A stretch of DNA of 64,000 nt from Candidatus Omnitrophota bacterium (GTDB taxonomy: Bacteria > Omnitrophota > Gorgyraeia > Zapsychrales > Zapsychraceae), in assembly GCA_050250375.1 (NCBI GenBank), contig JBFWOS010000002.1, positions 374,345 to 438,344 of the forward strand, read 5' to 3'. The translations under genes and the position numbers were made by a program. Positions within the stretch are counted from its first letter, which is position 1; each line of letters begins with the position of its first letter. The notes below the pieces were generated by a model that made no database searches, was not told the origin of the DNA, and saw only the letters and a list, made by a program, of their open reading frames with translations. Positions 38,464 to 48,800 of the stretch are shown piece after piece.

Positions 38464-39183
38464 TTAATTAATAAAACTCATGCCGAAGCCGATGAGTCCC
38501 CCGAATACTCCTCCCCAGACCACCAGCCAGCCCAGATGTTCCCGGATCATGCGTTGAATGATTTCCTTGACCATGCCCGGGGTGAGCTGGTCCAGCCGCT
38601 GATCGACGATTTCTTCAATTTTGGCGCTGACCTCGTGACTCACATGACTGGGGAGCACATTGTCTTCCAGGGCCTTTAAGAATTTCGGGCTTTTGGTCAT
38701 GTCCAGCAGGAGCAATTCCATTTTCCGTTTGAAAACGGGACGAACCGGTTCAAAGGCGATGTCGGCCTTGACCAGGTTCAGGATGTTGCCCAGGGCGTTA
38801 TCAAGGATCAATTCCACCAGACGGTCAAACATCTGGTCATAATCAATCGAATCCAGAACAGGTTTCAGATTAATATTGGCGGCCGTCGAGTTATTCTGTC
38901 CCTGAAAAAATTTGTCAACATTCTCATCCGTGAAAAATTCATTCATGATGAGGTGTTTGATGGCGGCCTTGAATTCTTCAAAGCGCTGGGGGATGACGCC
39001 TGATCCGTAAAGAAACGGCACTTTTTCAAAAAGCATGTACACGGCCAGCCAGTTCGTCAGGGCCCCGGACAGCGCGAAGAAACCGACCGACAGGGTTTGT
39101 TCCTTATAATAGTCCGGAACAAAATAACCGGCGATGATGATCAAGACAGCACACAGATTGGTGAAAAAACTTTTATTCATCAA
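38464..39183 (-). CDS. DUF445-like membrane protein
   Basis: N- and C-terminal TM helices (GWLVVWGGVFGGLIG) flanking a soluble helical domain. Confidence 0.45.
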   Translation of the reverse strand: MMNKSFFTNLCAVLIIIAGYFVPDYYKEQTLSVGFFALSGALTNWLAVYMLFEKVPFLYGSGVIPQRFEEFKAAIKHLIMNEFFTDENVDKFFQGQNNSTAANINLKPVLDSIDYDQMFDRLVELILDNALGNILNLVKADIAFEPVRPVFKRKMELLLLDMTKSPKFLKALEDNVLPSHVSHEVSAKIEEIVDQRLDQLTPGMVKEIIQRMIREHLGWLVVWGGVFGGLIGFGMSFIN

Positions 39184-39461
39184 TCTTTACGCTGGGTGAT
39201 TTCCACCAGGTGATACCCGAAGTCGGTTTTGACCGGTCCGTGGACGACCCCGACCGCTTCTTTGAAAACAACCCGGTCAAATTCAGGGACCATTTGACCC
39301 GGAGAAAATTCGCCCAGCTCCCCCCCTCTTTTCCCGGACGGGCATTTGGAAAATTGTTTCGCGACCTCCGCAAAATCTTTTCCGGTCTCAATTTCGCCTT
39401 TTAATTTCAGGCATTCTTTTTCTGTTTCAACGAGGATGTGACGTGCGCTGGCTTTGGCCAT
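39180..39461 (-). CDS. ppiC: parvulin-type peptidyl-prolyl isomerase (PpiC)
   Basis: 93 aa; ARHILV...GGELGEFSPGQMVPEFD...GYHLVE rotamase motifs. Confidence 0.82.
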   Translation of the reverse strand: MAKASARHILVETEKECLKLKGEIETGKDFAEVAKQFSKCPSGKRGGELGEFSPGQMVPEFDRVVFKEAVGVVHGPVKTDFGYHLVEITQRKD

Positions 39462-39488
39462 GACGGGTCCTTTCTTTGTGGGTTGTTC

Positions 39489-40232
39489 TTAGTTTTTCAT
39501 AAAAATGGAAATATGCTGGCTCGGCAGAACATCGATGGTTTTTATCCAAACCAGGCCGGCGGCCTTCATTTCTTTCCTTAGCTGATTAACCGTCATCTTG
39601 TGCAGCGGTTTGATCGGCAGTTGCGGGTCTTCCCCCCGGTATTCAACGAACACGACGCGGCCGTCCGCCTTCAGGGCCCGGACAATCGAGCGCATCATTT
39701 CCCTGGGATGCGAGAATTCATGATAGGCATCGACCATAAAAGCGACATCAACGCTGTTGTCCGCAAGGCCCGCGGCGTCAATTTGTCCGCGTTGGACAAT
39801 CACGTTCTGAAGATCCAAATCCCGCTTTTTTTGTTCCAGGTGGTCGATCATTTCCGGACCGATTTCAACGGTGTAAACTTTACCCTCTGGGACCAGCGGG
39901 GCGATGCGAAATGTGAAATAACCCGAACCCGCGCCGATGTCCGCCACCACGTCGTCCGGTTTCAGCGCCAGCGCGTTGATCACGGCCCGGGGTTTTTCCG
40001 TCTGTTCACGGTCATGACGTTCCAGCCATTCAATAGCCCCGTGTCCGCTGATCATTCCGGCAATCTCCCGTCCCATATAAAATTTGCCGGTGCCGTCCGG
40101 CGAGGCCTCAGCCTTCGTGTACGGGGAATGGGTTATCCTGCACAATTGAACGATAGAAAGACTGCACGCGGCCAATCCCAGGAATATCACCAGACGAAAG
40201 TATAATTTGTTGCCTTTCCTCACGCGGGACAC
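39489..40232 (-). CDS. class I SAM-dependent methyltransferase (membrane-anchored)
   Basis: VADIGAGSGYFT motif I; N-terminal signal anchor. Confidence 0.7.
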   Translation of the reverse strand: MSRVRKGNKLYFRLVIFLGLAACSLSIVQLCRITHSPYTKAEASPDGTGKFYMGREIAGMISGHGAIEWLERHDREQTEKPRAVINALALKPDDVVADIGAGSGYFTFRIAPLVPEGKVYTVEIGPEMIDHLEQKKRDLDLQNVIVQRGQIDAAGLADNSVDVAFMVDAYHEFSHPREMMRSIVRALKADGRVVFVEYRGEDPQLPIKPLHKMTVNQLRKEMKAAGLVWIKTIDVLPSQHISIFMKN

Positions 40233-40249
40233 TGCTCCCTCTAAGCGGC

Positions 40250-40645
40250 TCAGGTGTGTTCGATGTTCTGGCCGAAACCGATATCGTAACCGTCAATATC
40301 CTGGATGCCGAATTCCAGGCAGCCGTATTCCTTGACCCCGAGGTCGTAATCGATCTTGGCGCCCCTGGATCTCAGTTCATCGTAAAGCAGTTTGGCGTCA
40401 TCCACCCAGTAGTAGATGTTCCATAAATTATTAACCACTTTCCAGTGCGGTTTAATCTCCCCGGGATCTTCGACCTGGTGCAGCATCAATTCGCAAAGGT
40501 CCCGGTGGATCATGCAGAAAGTCTTTTGCTCACCGTAAAAGAGCGGTTCTTCAAATCCGCACTGGTTCATATAGTACTCGACAGATTTTTCTATACTTTT
40601 GACGATCAGAATCGGCGCGCAATTAAGAAATTTTGTTTTTTTCAT
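40250..40645 (-). CDS. VOC / glyoxalase-bleomycin-resistance family protein
   Basis: 131 aa with a beta-alpha-beta-beta-beta module pattern. Confidence 0.6.
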   Translation of the reverse strand: MKKTKFLNCAPILIVKSIEKSVEYYMNQCGFEEPLFYGEQKTFCMIHRDLCELMLHQVEDPGEIKPHWKVVNNLWNIYYWVDDAKLLYDELRSRGAKIDYDLGVKEYGCLEFGIQDIDGYDIGFGQNIEHT

Positions 40646-40747
40646 TCATTTTGTTTTTTAAGTGTTGGATCGTCTGATAACTTTATTTGATCTTCCATAA
40701 CCGACGTGTTGGTTCTTCCCTGCAGATGTTTGTTTTACTCCCGGAAA

Positions 40748-41182
40748 TTATAGCATTTTAGATTCCCTGCGTGTGACGGGAGTCTTGCCGAGCAGTTTGA
40801 GATTTTTTTTCAGGATCTGGTCCCGGATATCGTCATCTGGATTTCTGAGGACGAAATATATAATAATTCCGATGAAACCGATGATCAGGATCATCTGGAC
40901 CATTTGCTCGTTCGGGATGATCCAGGTCGTGGCCAGCAAAATTCCGGAGAAAACGCCCAGGCCGATGAATTCCCCCTTGCGTGAATCCATGACGCATTTG
41001 TCGCAGATGTATTCGCGCTGTTTTCCGAGGACCTCGTAGCGGGTGTTACCCAGGGCCTCATCGACCTTGAGATTGTAAATGCTCATGTCAAATTTAAGCA
41101 AGAGGACTTCCCCGAATTTGTCCTGGGTCGGATCGACGAGTTTGGCCTTGCGGCAGCCTTCGCATGAATATTCTTGAGACAT
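40748..41182 (-). CDS. hypothetical membrane-anchored protein with N-terminal Cys pairs
   Basis: CEGC ... CDKC possible zinc ribbon, then two TM helices. Confidence 0.38.
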   Translation of the reverse strand: MSQEYSCEGCRKAKLVDPTQDKFGEVLLLKFDMSIYNLKVDEALGNTRYEVLGKQREYICDKCVMDSRKGEFIGLGVFSGILLATTWIIPNEQMVQMILIIGFIGIIIYFVLRNPDDDIRDQILKKNLKLLGKTPVTRRESKML

Positions 41183-41251
41183 AAACGATAACCCTTTTTA
41201 TTTAAGATTCATTCTAACAGAAGCGGCCAGTTAAGAAAATAGTTAATCAAT

Positions 41252-42922
41252 TTAAATAAACAGGATCACCAGGATCTGCGCGGCCATGACACGCAGGAGC
41301 ATGACCAGCGGATAAACCGTCGCGTACGAAAGCGATACGGCGTTGGTTTTGGACTGGGCGTTGGCAAAGGCCAATGCCGGCGGATCGGTCATGCTCCCGG
41401 CCAGAAGTCCGCAAATGGTAAAATAATTGAGTTTGAGCCAGATCCGGGCGATGAAGGCCGTGATCATCAGCGGTAAAAAAGTGATGACTGCGCCGGCCGC
41501 GATCCAGCTTAATCCTTCACCCGCGACCAGGGTGTGCAGAAAATTTTTTCCTGAGGACAAACCGACACAGGACAAAAACAGGGCGATCCCGAATTCACGC
41601 AGCATAAAATTAGCGCTTTTGGGCAGATACCAGATCACCGGACCGATATGGCCCAGACGGCTCAGGCAGATCGCCGCCAGCAAGGGCCCTCCGGCCAGCC
41701 CCAGCCGGACGGGGACCGGGATCAAAGGAAGATGAATGGGAATACTGCCGATGAAAATCCCGATGGCAATGCCGATAAAAACCGGCATCAGGTGAACGAC
41801 CCCCAGTTCTTTGGGGGTGTCTCCCAGCACGCTGGACATCCTGTCAAGCGCGTCCTCTTCCCCGACAACGACGATCGTGTCGGCATACTGGATGTCCAGA
41901 TCGGGCGTGGCCGAAAATTCTATGCCGGAACGGTTGATCCTGGTCACGGTCACATCGGAAAAGCCGGACAGGCTGATTTCCTTGATACTCTTGCCGACCA
42001 TCTTCCCCTGGGTGACGATGATCCGGCGCGAAACAACCGGGCTTTTGACGTCCGCGTGCAAATTGACGGCGCTCTGGCTGCCGATCAGGACGAGGAGATT
42101 CTTCAACTTGTTTTTCGGCCCGACCGCGTGGACAGTGTCCTGCAAACGCAAGACCGTGTCGGGTTTTGCCAGAGTGACAACGTCCTGATGCATCACCCGG
42201 GAAATGACCACACCCGCCTCTTTGATAAACGGCAGTTCGGCGATTGTTTTTCCGTCGATGTTGGTGTTCTCCACGCAAAAATCCAGGGACGCCAAAGGCG
42301 GCGTGCTTTCCTTCTGGAATTTCTCAAATGCGGCCTGTTCCGTCTTCAGGTCAATCTTAAACAAAAACCGGACCAGCAGCATGGCCAGGATGATGCCCAT
42401 AATCCCGAACGGGTAGGCCATCGCGTAGGCGAGCCCCGGCAGCTGAGGGGTATTTTCAGGCAGGCCGGGCATCATCGCCAGCGTCTGCTGGGCCGCGCCC
42501 AGAGACGGCGTGTTGGTCGTCGCCCCCGAAAAAAGCCCGACGGCCGAGGCCGTGGGGACCAGCCCGGTCAGGATATAGACGGCTGTGATGGCGAAACCGC
42601 ACAGCACAACACCGGCGGCCAAAAGGTTTAGCGCCAGCCCGCTGCGTTTTAACGATGAAAAAAATCCCGGTCCGACCTGCAGGCCGATTGAATACACAAA
42701 CAGGATCAGCCCCAGCTCGCGGGTGAATTCCAGGATGTGTTGGTCGACGCCCATATGGAAATGGCCGAAGATGATCCCGGCAAACAGCACCCCGGCCACC
42801 CCCAGGCGGATGCCGAAGACAGCGACATTGCCGATCATCAGGCCGAGTGTGATCACCAGGCTGTAGATAAACAAAACGTGGGAAATATTTTCCCCGGTCA
42901 GGAGATTGATCAGTGTGTTCAT
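41252..42922 (-). CDS. YidE/YbjL-family putative transporter (AAE family, two TrkA-C domains)
   Basis: Duplicated Asp-Al_Ex membrane halves flanking a central cytoplasmic region; GC-rich. Confidence 0.72.
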   Translation of the reverse strand: MNTLINLLTGENISHVLFIYSLVITLGLMIGNVAVFGIRLGVAGVLFAGIIFGHFHMGVDQHILEFTRELGLILFVYSIGLQVGPGFFSSLKRSGLALNLLAAGVVLCGFAITAVYILTGLVPTASAVGLFSGATTNTPSLGAAQQTLAMMPGLPENTPQLPGLAYAMAYPFGIMGIILAMLLVRFLFKIDLKTEQAAFEKFQKESTPPLASLDFCVENTNIDGKTIAELPFIKEAGVVISRVMHQDVVTLAKPDTVLRLQDTVHAVGPKNKLKNLLVLIGSQSAVNLHADVKSPVVSRRIIVTQGKMVGKSIKEISLSGFSDVTVTRINRSGIEFSATPDLDIQYADTIVVVGEEDALDRMSSVLGDTPKELGVVHLMPVFIGIAIGIFIGSIPIHLPLIPVPVRLGLAGGPLLAAICLSRLGHIGPVIWYLPKSANFMLREFGIALFLSCVGLSSGKNFLHTLVAGEGLSWIAAGAVITFLPLMITAFIARIWLKLNYFTICGLLAGSMTDPPALAFANAQSKTNAVSLSYATVYPLVMLLRVMAAQILVILFI

Positions 42923-43071
42923 GGTTTTCTGGGATAAAGCTTACTAAGATTTTGGGTGAGAAAAGAATTCGAGTAAGATTTGATTATAACGCTCCTACGG
43001 GACAACTCAAGCTTTTTTTCGGATGAAGTCCCCCGCCCTTCCCCGCAGGATCATGGCCGGCGGATACACCG

Positions 43072-44457
43072 TCAAGGTTTACTTAAGGCCTCGCCAAAAG
43101 CGCCGTTGTTCTCCTTCTCCCATCCGCAGCAGACAAAAGGGATTGTCTTGGAATAAAATCCAAATGAGCTGGGGCCCTTTACGGGCTGATGAAAATTGGT
43201 ATTCTCGTTCTGCTTGAGCCATGGCCGAGGATTGATTTCCATAAATTGACGGCAGAAGATGTCCCGTGTCCCGACCATGCGTTGATAAATACCCGTGACC
43301 GTCGTGACGCACAGGATGACCGTCAGAAAAAACTGAAATGCGGTTAATTTGTCCGTTTTCCATGTCTTGCCAGGAGGAAAGGCTGAAAGGGCTAACGGCG
43401 CTAAAATGAACGTCGGCGCGAAGTACCGCGGAAATCCATCCCCCTCCCACGCGATGCCGCAATACCCGACTAAAATGAAAACGGCGGAAGAAAGCGAAAT
43501 TACCGCCAGCGGTTCAGCCGGCCGATTGTTCTTCCGTTCCCGATAGATGAAATACGCGGTGATCATTAAAATAAACAGGGGCTGGATAAACCAGGCGCTG
43601 TTTGAGCCGATATACTGAAACACCAGGGAAAGTTTATAAACAAAGGTGCTCCAGATCCCTTCATGCCGGACAGATCTCATGTAAATCCGGCCGGTCATGT
43701 TAAATCCCCCCAAAAAGTTTGGCGCGTCGTACAAGAATGATAATAATCCGCCCAGCATGACACCCAGGCATGTTCCCAGTCCGATGCGCGCCATGGCTTT
43801 TTTTCCTTCATAAACAAATCCGGCCGTAATGATTGAACCGATGCCGACCAGAAGAAATTCAATTTTACCGAGCGACAAAAGAAACGCCCCGGCCGCGCAC
43901 CAGCCGATCGAATTTTCCGATTGCCGGCCGCGCACCAGACAACCTAAAAAAAGGATCAGTAACAGAGCCGATACGGCGCCGTCATACTGGATTTGTATGG
44001 ACGCGAGGAACGGTAAAGGAAAACAGGCGAATGATGTAAGCAGAAATGTTCCCCAGAGCCGGTTTGCCGCCGGGATTATCAGGACAGCGAGAACCATGGC
44101 CGCGCCATAGATCAACAAGACCGCCGCCCGCATGAAAGTTCCCCGGTAGGGATAAAGTTTGGAAGCCGGGTCTTCAAGCTCAAATGCGTGATAGAAAACG
44201 GCATAAATGACGGCGGGAAAAACATAACCGGCCAGATTGTGTTCGGGAAGAATTTCATGGAGAGTCCCGTCAACGTCACGCGCAACGAGCAAACGCGGGG
44301 TTTTTCCGCGCACGACATTTTCAACGGCATAGGCGAACAGCCCTTCTTCTCCGCAGAGCACTGCGTTTAAAAAAGGCAGTCGGGTCAGGACGACAATCGT
44401 CAATAACAGGACGATGATTAAATTCTGGAATTTTGGAATCGGTGTGTCGTTCATCAC
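43072..44457 (-). CDS. polytopic membrane protein, possibly a GT-C-fold (ArnT/PMT-like) glycosyltransferase
   Basis: At least 10 TM helices, with an acidic motif in the first loop (EEGLFAY). Confidence 0.35.
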   Translation of the reverse strand: MMNDTPIPKFQNLIIVLLLTIVVLTRLPFLNAVLCGEEGLFAYAVENVVRGKTPRLLVARDVDGTLHEILPEHNLAGYVFPAVIYAVFYHAFELEDPASKLYPYRGTFMRAAVLLIYGAAMVLAVLIIPAANRLWGTFLLTSFACFPLPFLASIQIQYDGAVSALLLILFLGCLVRGRQSENSIGWCAAGAFLLSLGKIEFLLVGIGSIITAGFVYEGKKAMARIGLGTCLGVMLGGLLSFLYDAPNFLGGFNMTGRIYMRSVRHEGIWSTFVYKLSLVFQYIGSNSAWFIQPLFILMITAYFIYRERKNNRPAEPLAVISLSSAVFILVGYCGIAWEGDGFPRYFAPTFILAPLALSAFPPGKTWKTDKLTAFQFFLTVILCVTTVTGIYQRMVGTRDIFCRQFMEINPRPWLKQNENTNFHQPVKGPSSFGFYSKTIPFVCCGWEKENNGAFGEALSKP

Positions 44458-44582
44458 GGTTAAAGGTGTTTATGGTCTTGATCAGATTGCACGTGTCATC
44501 GTTTTTATAGTTATTCCCGCCCTCTCCTGACTAAAAACGTCCAGTCATTTTGGTGGATAAAGTCAAAAGAAGGTCTTCTTCC

Positions 44583-47054
44583 TCATGAACTTGGACGTGG
44601 TTCTTTTTTAGTCAACGGGATAAACAAGATACAACTGTATACCCCGGCGGCGATCAGTAAAAAACATTTGAAACCGACAATGGTCGAAAGATAAACGCTG
44701 GCGGCGCTGCCGATCACACTCATATACCCGTTTAACCCCCAGGCCAGGGGAACGAGATGGTTGCTGGTCTGCCCCAGTTTCTTCAGCCCCTGCGGGAACA
44801 AAATCCCCAAAAAAAGTCCGAGGGGAAGAATGCATAAAAATACAAAACATAACTTAACCGCCATGGGCCTGCCGAGTGTTTGTTCAATCAGGACGGGCAG
44901 AAAAAAGTAACCAAGGAGCAGCAGCACAATACAAATCAGTACGGTTGATTTCAGGGAAATCTTCATATTTTTTAAGACAGCATCCGACAAATATGATCCC
45001 AGCCCCAACGAAAATAACAGACCGGCCAGGATCACCGACAACGCGTAAATCGGGTTGGCCAGGTACAGGACGAACTGATTGAGCAGGCTGATCTCAACAA
45101 GCATAAACGCGAACCCGATGGCTGAAAAATAAATAAAAAACGGCAGATCGCGCGAAAAGACAATATCTTTGCGGTTAAGCCTGAAGATGACAGCGATGGC
45201 CGCGGCAACAAAGGCAATGATACAAAAAATAAATCCCATCATATATAAGTGAAAGCTGTAGTGCTGATTATAAATGGAAGACAAATCATTCTTGATAAAT
45301 GACCAGAACGTCTTGTCCGCGAACGAGTAGATATAGAAATAGTTTCCGATAAAAGGTTTGTCATCCGTAATCAGGGTTAAATTAAACTTCAGATCCAGGC
45401 TCAGCCGGTGCAAGACCCCCGAGAAATCCACGGATTTAACAATATCGGTAATCACATCGTGCACGGACTTTTGCAAGGGTGTGTTTCTCTCAATGTCATA
45501 ATGAGGAGTATAGATGGACGCAAGCCCCATCATTTTGATATGGCCTGACAGCCGGTCAATGTCGTTTTTGGAAAATCCGGATTTTTTAACGACCAGATAA
45601 GCGTTGTCAAACGGGGTCAGCATTTCCCGATAGATTGTATCGTTTTTTAAGAGTTCCCGGGCGGTGACCAGCGTAAAATGATCTGAGATGTCCGCGACCC
45701 CCGATTCCGCGAACGCCTGCCTGAGGACAGCGATGGTCCGGAGTTTGTTCCCGTTGACAATGACTATGGTCCCGTCCGGTTTAAGGACGCTCAGGACCCG
45801 TTTGAAGGCTTCTTTCGTATATAAAAATTGGGCGGAATTCGCGTTAACCCCGAGATAATTATTAACGGGCGACCCGGACCAGGAAAAGATGACGGTATCG
45901 TAACGTTTTTTTTGCGTCTCCAGAAATTGCCTCCCTTCCTGAACAACCATGTGCACATTCTCCAGGGCGAAAAATTCCTTCAGATGGAATTCCGGCAGGC
46001 TGACGGCTTTGTTGACAATCAGCGGGTTGAGTTCCACTCCCGTAATGTCCGCCGTCCCTGCGGAGTAACTGTAGGCCTCGAGCATGTCTTTGCCGGCCCC
46101 CGCCATCAGAATAAGAATATCCCGGGGCTGGTCGATCAGGAATCCTAACGACGTTGCCGAAAATTCTTCAAACAGCTTATACCTGAACGGTTGTTCCGGA
46201 TCAAACGCGTCCAGATGAGCGATCCCCGCCCCGTTATCAATGAGGAATTTGTATTTCAGATTGTTTTTTCCGCTCTCTTCGATCAGGGAAACACGTGAAT
46301 AGATGTTCCAGCCGGACCATAATTCCCGGAACACGGTCGACCGGTTGGAAAACACATTTCCCCGCGCGTAAAATGTCATGATGACGATGCTTAAAATCAA
46401 AAATACAAGACTGGATAATTTCGAGAATTTTGAGTAGCCGTAGCGGTTTTTTAAATAAAGCGCCATCGCAAAACACACCAGAGTCAAAAACAAGGCGATC
46501 GGATAAAGATCAAACCAGCTCATCAGCAGGCTGCCGAGGATGCAGCCCGCGGCCGCCCCGGTCAGGTCAAAATAATAAAACCGGGTGGCCTGCGCGGAAA
46601 AGATCTTGTAAATGATTGAAATGACCAGGCCCAAATAGAAAAAACAAATGGAGAAATATACGCCGGTGATCCCCGACAAAATGATGATATCCCGCAGGGA
46701 ACGGTCGAACGCCAGTACGCCCGTTTCCTGGTAATTGAAGACCGCCTCCATCGAGTTGGAGGCCTGAAGGCTCAACAGGGCGATCGCGATAACGGTGAAA
46801 TAGAAAAATAACAAGACGCCGAATGTATGGATAAAGGACGGGATGCGTTTTAACATTTCAGCGGCGGGAACATTCTTATATTTCCAGAACGCGTACACAC
46901 CCGCTGAACTCAGCCCCAAAAAAGCAAAGGTTATGGACAGAAACGGCAGTTTGAGATAAACCCGCAGGAAAGCGGAAAGGACGATTTGGACCGTCAAGAC
47001 CAGAAAGCTCAGCAGGAATAAAATGACAGGAAATTCTTTTTCCGTTTTATGCAT
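44583..47054 (-). CDS. large membrane protein with an embedded spermidine-synthase-like (class I methyltransferase-fold) domain
   Basis: About 330 aa of N-terminal TM region. The central soluble domain matches aminopropyltransferase-like proteins (GAGKDMLEAY...VELNPLIV...DTVIFSWS). C-terminal TM helices follow. Confidence 0.55.
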   Translation of the reverse strand: MHKTEKEFPVILFLLSFLVLTVQIVLSAFLRVYLKLPFLSITFAFLGLSSAGVYAFWKYKNVPAAEMLKRIPSFIHTFGVLLFFYFTVIAIALLSLQASNSMEAVFNYQETGVLAFDRSLRDIIILSGITGVYFSICFFYLGLVISIIYKIFSAQATRFYYFDLTGAAAGCILGSLLMSWFDLYPIALFLTLVCFAMALYLKNRYGYSKFSKLSSLVFLILSIVIMTFYARGNVFSNRSTVFRELWSGWNIYSRVSLIEESGKNNLKYKFLIDNGAGIAHLDAFDPEQPFRYKLFEEFSATSLGFLIDQPRDILILMAGAGKDMLEAYSYSAGTADITGVELNPLIVNKAVSLPEFHLKEFFALENVHMVVQEGRQFLETQKKRYDTVIFSWSGSPVNNYLGVNANSAQFLYTKEAFKRVLSVLKPDGTIVIVNGNKLRTIAVLRQAFAESGVADISDHFTLVTARELLKNDTIYREMLTPFDNAYLVVKKSGFSKNDIDRLSGHIKMMGLASIYTPHYDIERNTPLQKSVHDVITDIVKSVDFSGVLHRLSLDLKFNLTLITDDKPFIGNYFYIYSFADKTFWSFIKNDLSSIYNQHYSFHLYMMGFIFCIIAFVAAAIAVIFRLNRKDIVFSRDLPFFIYFSAIGFAFMLVEISLLNQFVLYLANPIYALSVILAGLLFSLGLGSYLSDAVLKNMKISLKSTVLICIVLLLLGYFFLPVLIEQTLGRPMAVKLCFVFLCILPLGLFLGILFPQGLKKLGQTSNHLVPLAWGLNGYMSVIGSAASVYLSTIVGFKCFLLIAAGVYSCILFIPLTKKEPRPSS

Positions 47055-47224
47055 ATATTAAAAAGGACACACAATCCTTAACGCTTTGGTCTTGATTCCG
47101 GGCTTGATTTTTAAACCATTATACACAAAATTGGATGAAAACACCTAAGATAATATAATTGAGGAAGCGAAGAATCCGGGGCCAGGAATCCGAGGCGCGC
47201 ACTGAATGATGAGCCCGCCTCCTC

Positions 47225-47273
47225 CCCCGCCTTAAACCGTAGTTATTTTGTAACATTGGGATTAGGGGGTGGA
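47225..47273. repeat. R1 repeat copy A (CCCCGCCTTAAACCGTAGTTATTTTGTAACATTGGGATTAGGGGGTGGA)
   Basis: 49-nt element. Identical copy at 49592..49640; partial copies at 47941..47967 and 48768..48800. Confidence 0.85.
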
Positions 47274-47298
47274 TTTATTGTACAGACAGCCTTTTCCT

Positions 47299-47829
47299 TT
47301 AACTATTTAATTTTAAAATGTCACATATTTCTTCGGGTAAATTGTCGCTATAATTCACAGAGCGATTAATTGTTTCTCCATCGCCATCAGTGTCAAAGTT
47401 AATTTCCATTAGGAAATACGGATGTTCACTTGTGACAATTTTGTGTAGCTCGATACCATGCAAATCAGTTTTAATTCTATTCAGAATTTGTACTGTAAGG
47501 GATTTATGAATGTAATAAAATCCACATTGGGAATTAGAACCTACACTTTCTAATATAAGACTTAAATGCCTGTATATTTTAAGACGTACCAATCCACATT
47601 CAAAAGGAATCATTTTAAGAAAGAAATTCTTGCTGGGGGCTCCCGATCCTGTCCAAAGAATTTCCACGTTGGGATCTTTCGATATTTTCTGATAGAAGCT
47701 TCTGGTTTTTCCACCTTGACCAAATATTAATATCTCAAAATCTTTGAAATTAATAGATTTAGAGCTTACAAAATTATTGATCGTTTCCCAAAAATTATTT
47801 CTTAGTAATTCGTCAGAAGTAGTTTTCAT
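47299..47829 (-). CDS. hypothetical protein, AT-rich cassette ORF
   Basis: 176 aa; no motif; AT-rich codon usage unlike flanking genes. Confidence 0.45.
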   Translation of the reverse strand: MKTTSDELLRNNFWETINNFVSSKSINFKDFEILIFGQGGKTRSFYQKISKDPNVEILWTGSGAPSKNFFLKMIPFECGLVRLKIYRHLSLILESVGSNSQCGFYYIHKSLTVQILNRIKTDLHGIELHKIVTSEHPYFLMEINFDTDGDGETINRSVNYSDNLPEEICDILKLNS

Positions 47830-47884
47830 TTATATTATTTAAGTGGAGGCCAATGACCTGGGCTTGTTTGTCCTGGAATAAATT

Positions 47885-47940
47885 AATAAATAGGGACGGA
47901 GGCTATTTATTGTCAAAAGCAGGGTCCGTCCCTAGTTATT
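47885..47940. repeat. H hairpin element copy 1 (TAGGGACGG-N26-CCGTCCCTA)
   Basis: Perfect 9-bp inverted repeat with a conserved loop. Second copy at 48801..48865; partial at about 48424..48478. Confidence 0.8.
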
Positions 47941-47967
47941 TATTTTGTAACATTGGGATTAGGGGTG
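47941..47967. repeat. R1 repeat copy B (3' portion, TATTTTGTAACATTGGGATTAGGGGTGG)
   Basis: Matches the 3' 27 nt of R1 with one G deleted; directly abuts the H element. Confidence 0.8.
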
Positions 47968-47987
47968 GCTGACCAATTATTTTTTAT

Positions 47988-48221
47988 CTATCCAAACTTC
48001 ATATTATCAGAAACAGTATCATCTTCTAAATAAAACTCAACGTCCCCCACTCCGCTCTTTCCATCATAATTACTCCGAAAATGAAAATGATTTTTTGTTT
48101 TATTTCCTTTATTTTCTTTTAGCCAATTAAGATTTGAGATTAATTTATCAATGTCTTTTTCTTTAAGTCCAATAAATAAGCCAAACCATCCCGTATTAAA
48201 GTTCTCAATATTTATGTTCAT
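47988..48221 (-). CDS. hypothetical small protein, cassette ORF
   Basis: 77 aa; AT-rich; no motif. Confidence 0.4.
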   Translation of the reverse strand: MNINIENFNTGWFGLFIGLKEKDIDKLISNLNWLKENKGNKTKNHFHFRSNYDGKSGVGDVEFYLEDDTVSDNMKFG

Positions 48222-48423
48222 AAATTCTTCCTTGCTTTATAAGATTGCATTATCTTGTCGGGGGAACATGTTCATTACCCCCATTCCTTTCACTATCATG
48301 CCAATGTGGCCCCAAACCTGGCTGGTTGGGTCCACCTTCTCTGTCCCATCGTCTTCTGGTCCATTCCAATGACGGTGTTTTCCGCCCGTATTATCACTTG
48401 CTTTTGGCTCTTCTGTCTACCCT

Positions 48424-48478
48424 TCTGGAGGGACCCAATCATCGGGATTGGCTGAAAAGCAGGGTCCGTCCCTAGTTA
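48424..48478. repeat. degenerate/partial H element
   Basis: AAAAGCAGGGTCCGTCCCTAGTTA is identical to the right arm of H. The left arm is degenerate (GGGACCC). The element supplies the TAG stop of the 93-aa ORF. Confidence 0.6.
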
Positions 48479-48753
48479 GTCTGATTATTTTCCATTTTCC
48501 TCTTATTATAAACATCTATTAATAGCTTTAAATCTTTTTCATATTCTTCTAAACTAGCCCAACCACTTTCTTTGGAAAAAGTTCTTTCTAACGTCAAATC
48601 CAAATAATTTGCTATTTGTTTCAATTTTTCAAACAACAAAATCTCACGATGTCGGTCTAGTAGTTTAATAATCTTATTAGACTTTCGTAATTCTTTAATT
48701 AAAGATTGAACACTCTGTAGATCTTTTTCCCATCTATCTTCATTAAAATTCAT
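48472..48753 (-). CDS. hypothetical small helical protein, cassette ORF
   Basis: 93 aa, charged, AT-rich; its stop codon lies inside the H-like element. Confidence 0.45.
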   Translation of the reverse strand: MNFNEDRWEKDLQSVQSLIKELRKSNKIIKLLDRHREILLFEKLKQIANYLDLTLERTFSKESGWASLEEYEKDLKLLIDVYNKRKMENNQTN

Positions 48754-48767
48754 ATTAATCTGACCTT

Positions 48768-48800
48768 CCCCGCCTTAAACCGTAGTTATTTTGTAACATT
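48768..48800. repeat. R1 repeat copy C (5' 33 nt), interrupted by the H element
   Basis: CCCCGCCTTAAACCGTAGTTATTTTGTAACATT followed immediately by H at 48801..48865. Confidence 0.8.

Noticed and set aside
41648-42631. Long plus-strand and extra minus-strand ORFs (327 aa, 144 aa, 125 aa) inside the YidE/YbjL transporter gene
   Set aside because: The region is GC-rich and the ORFs are Arg/Gly/Pro-rich low-complexity translations. They are shadow frames of the real minus-strand transporter gene, not genes.
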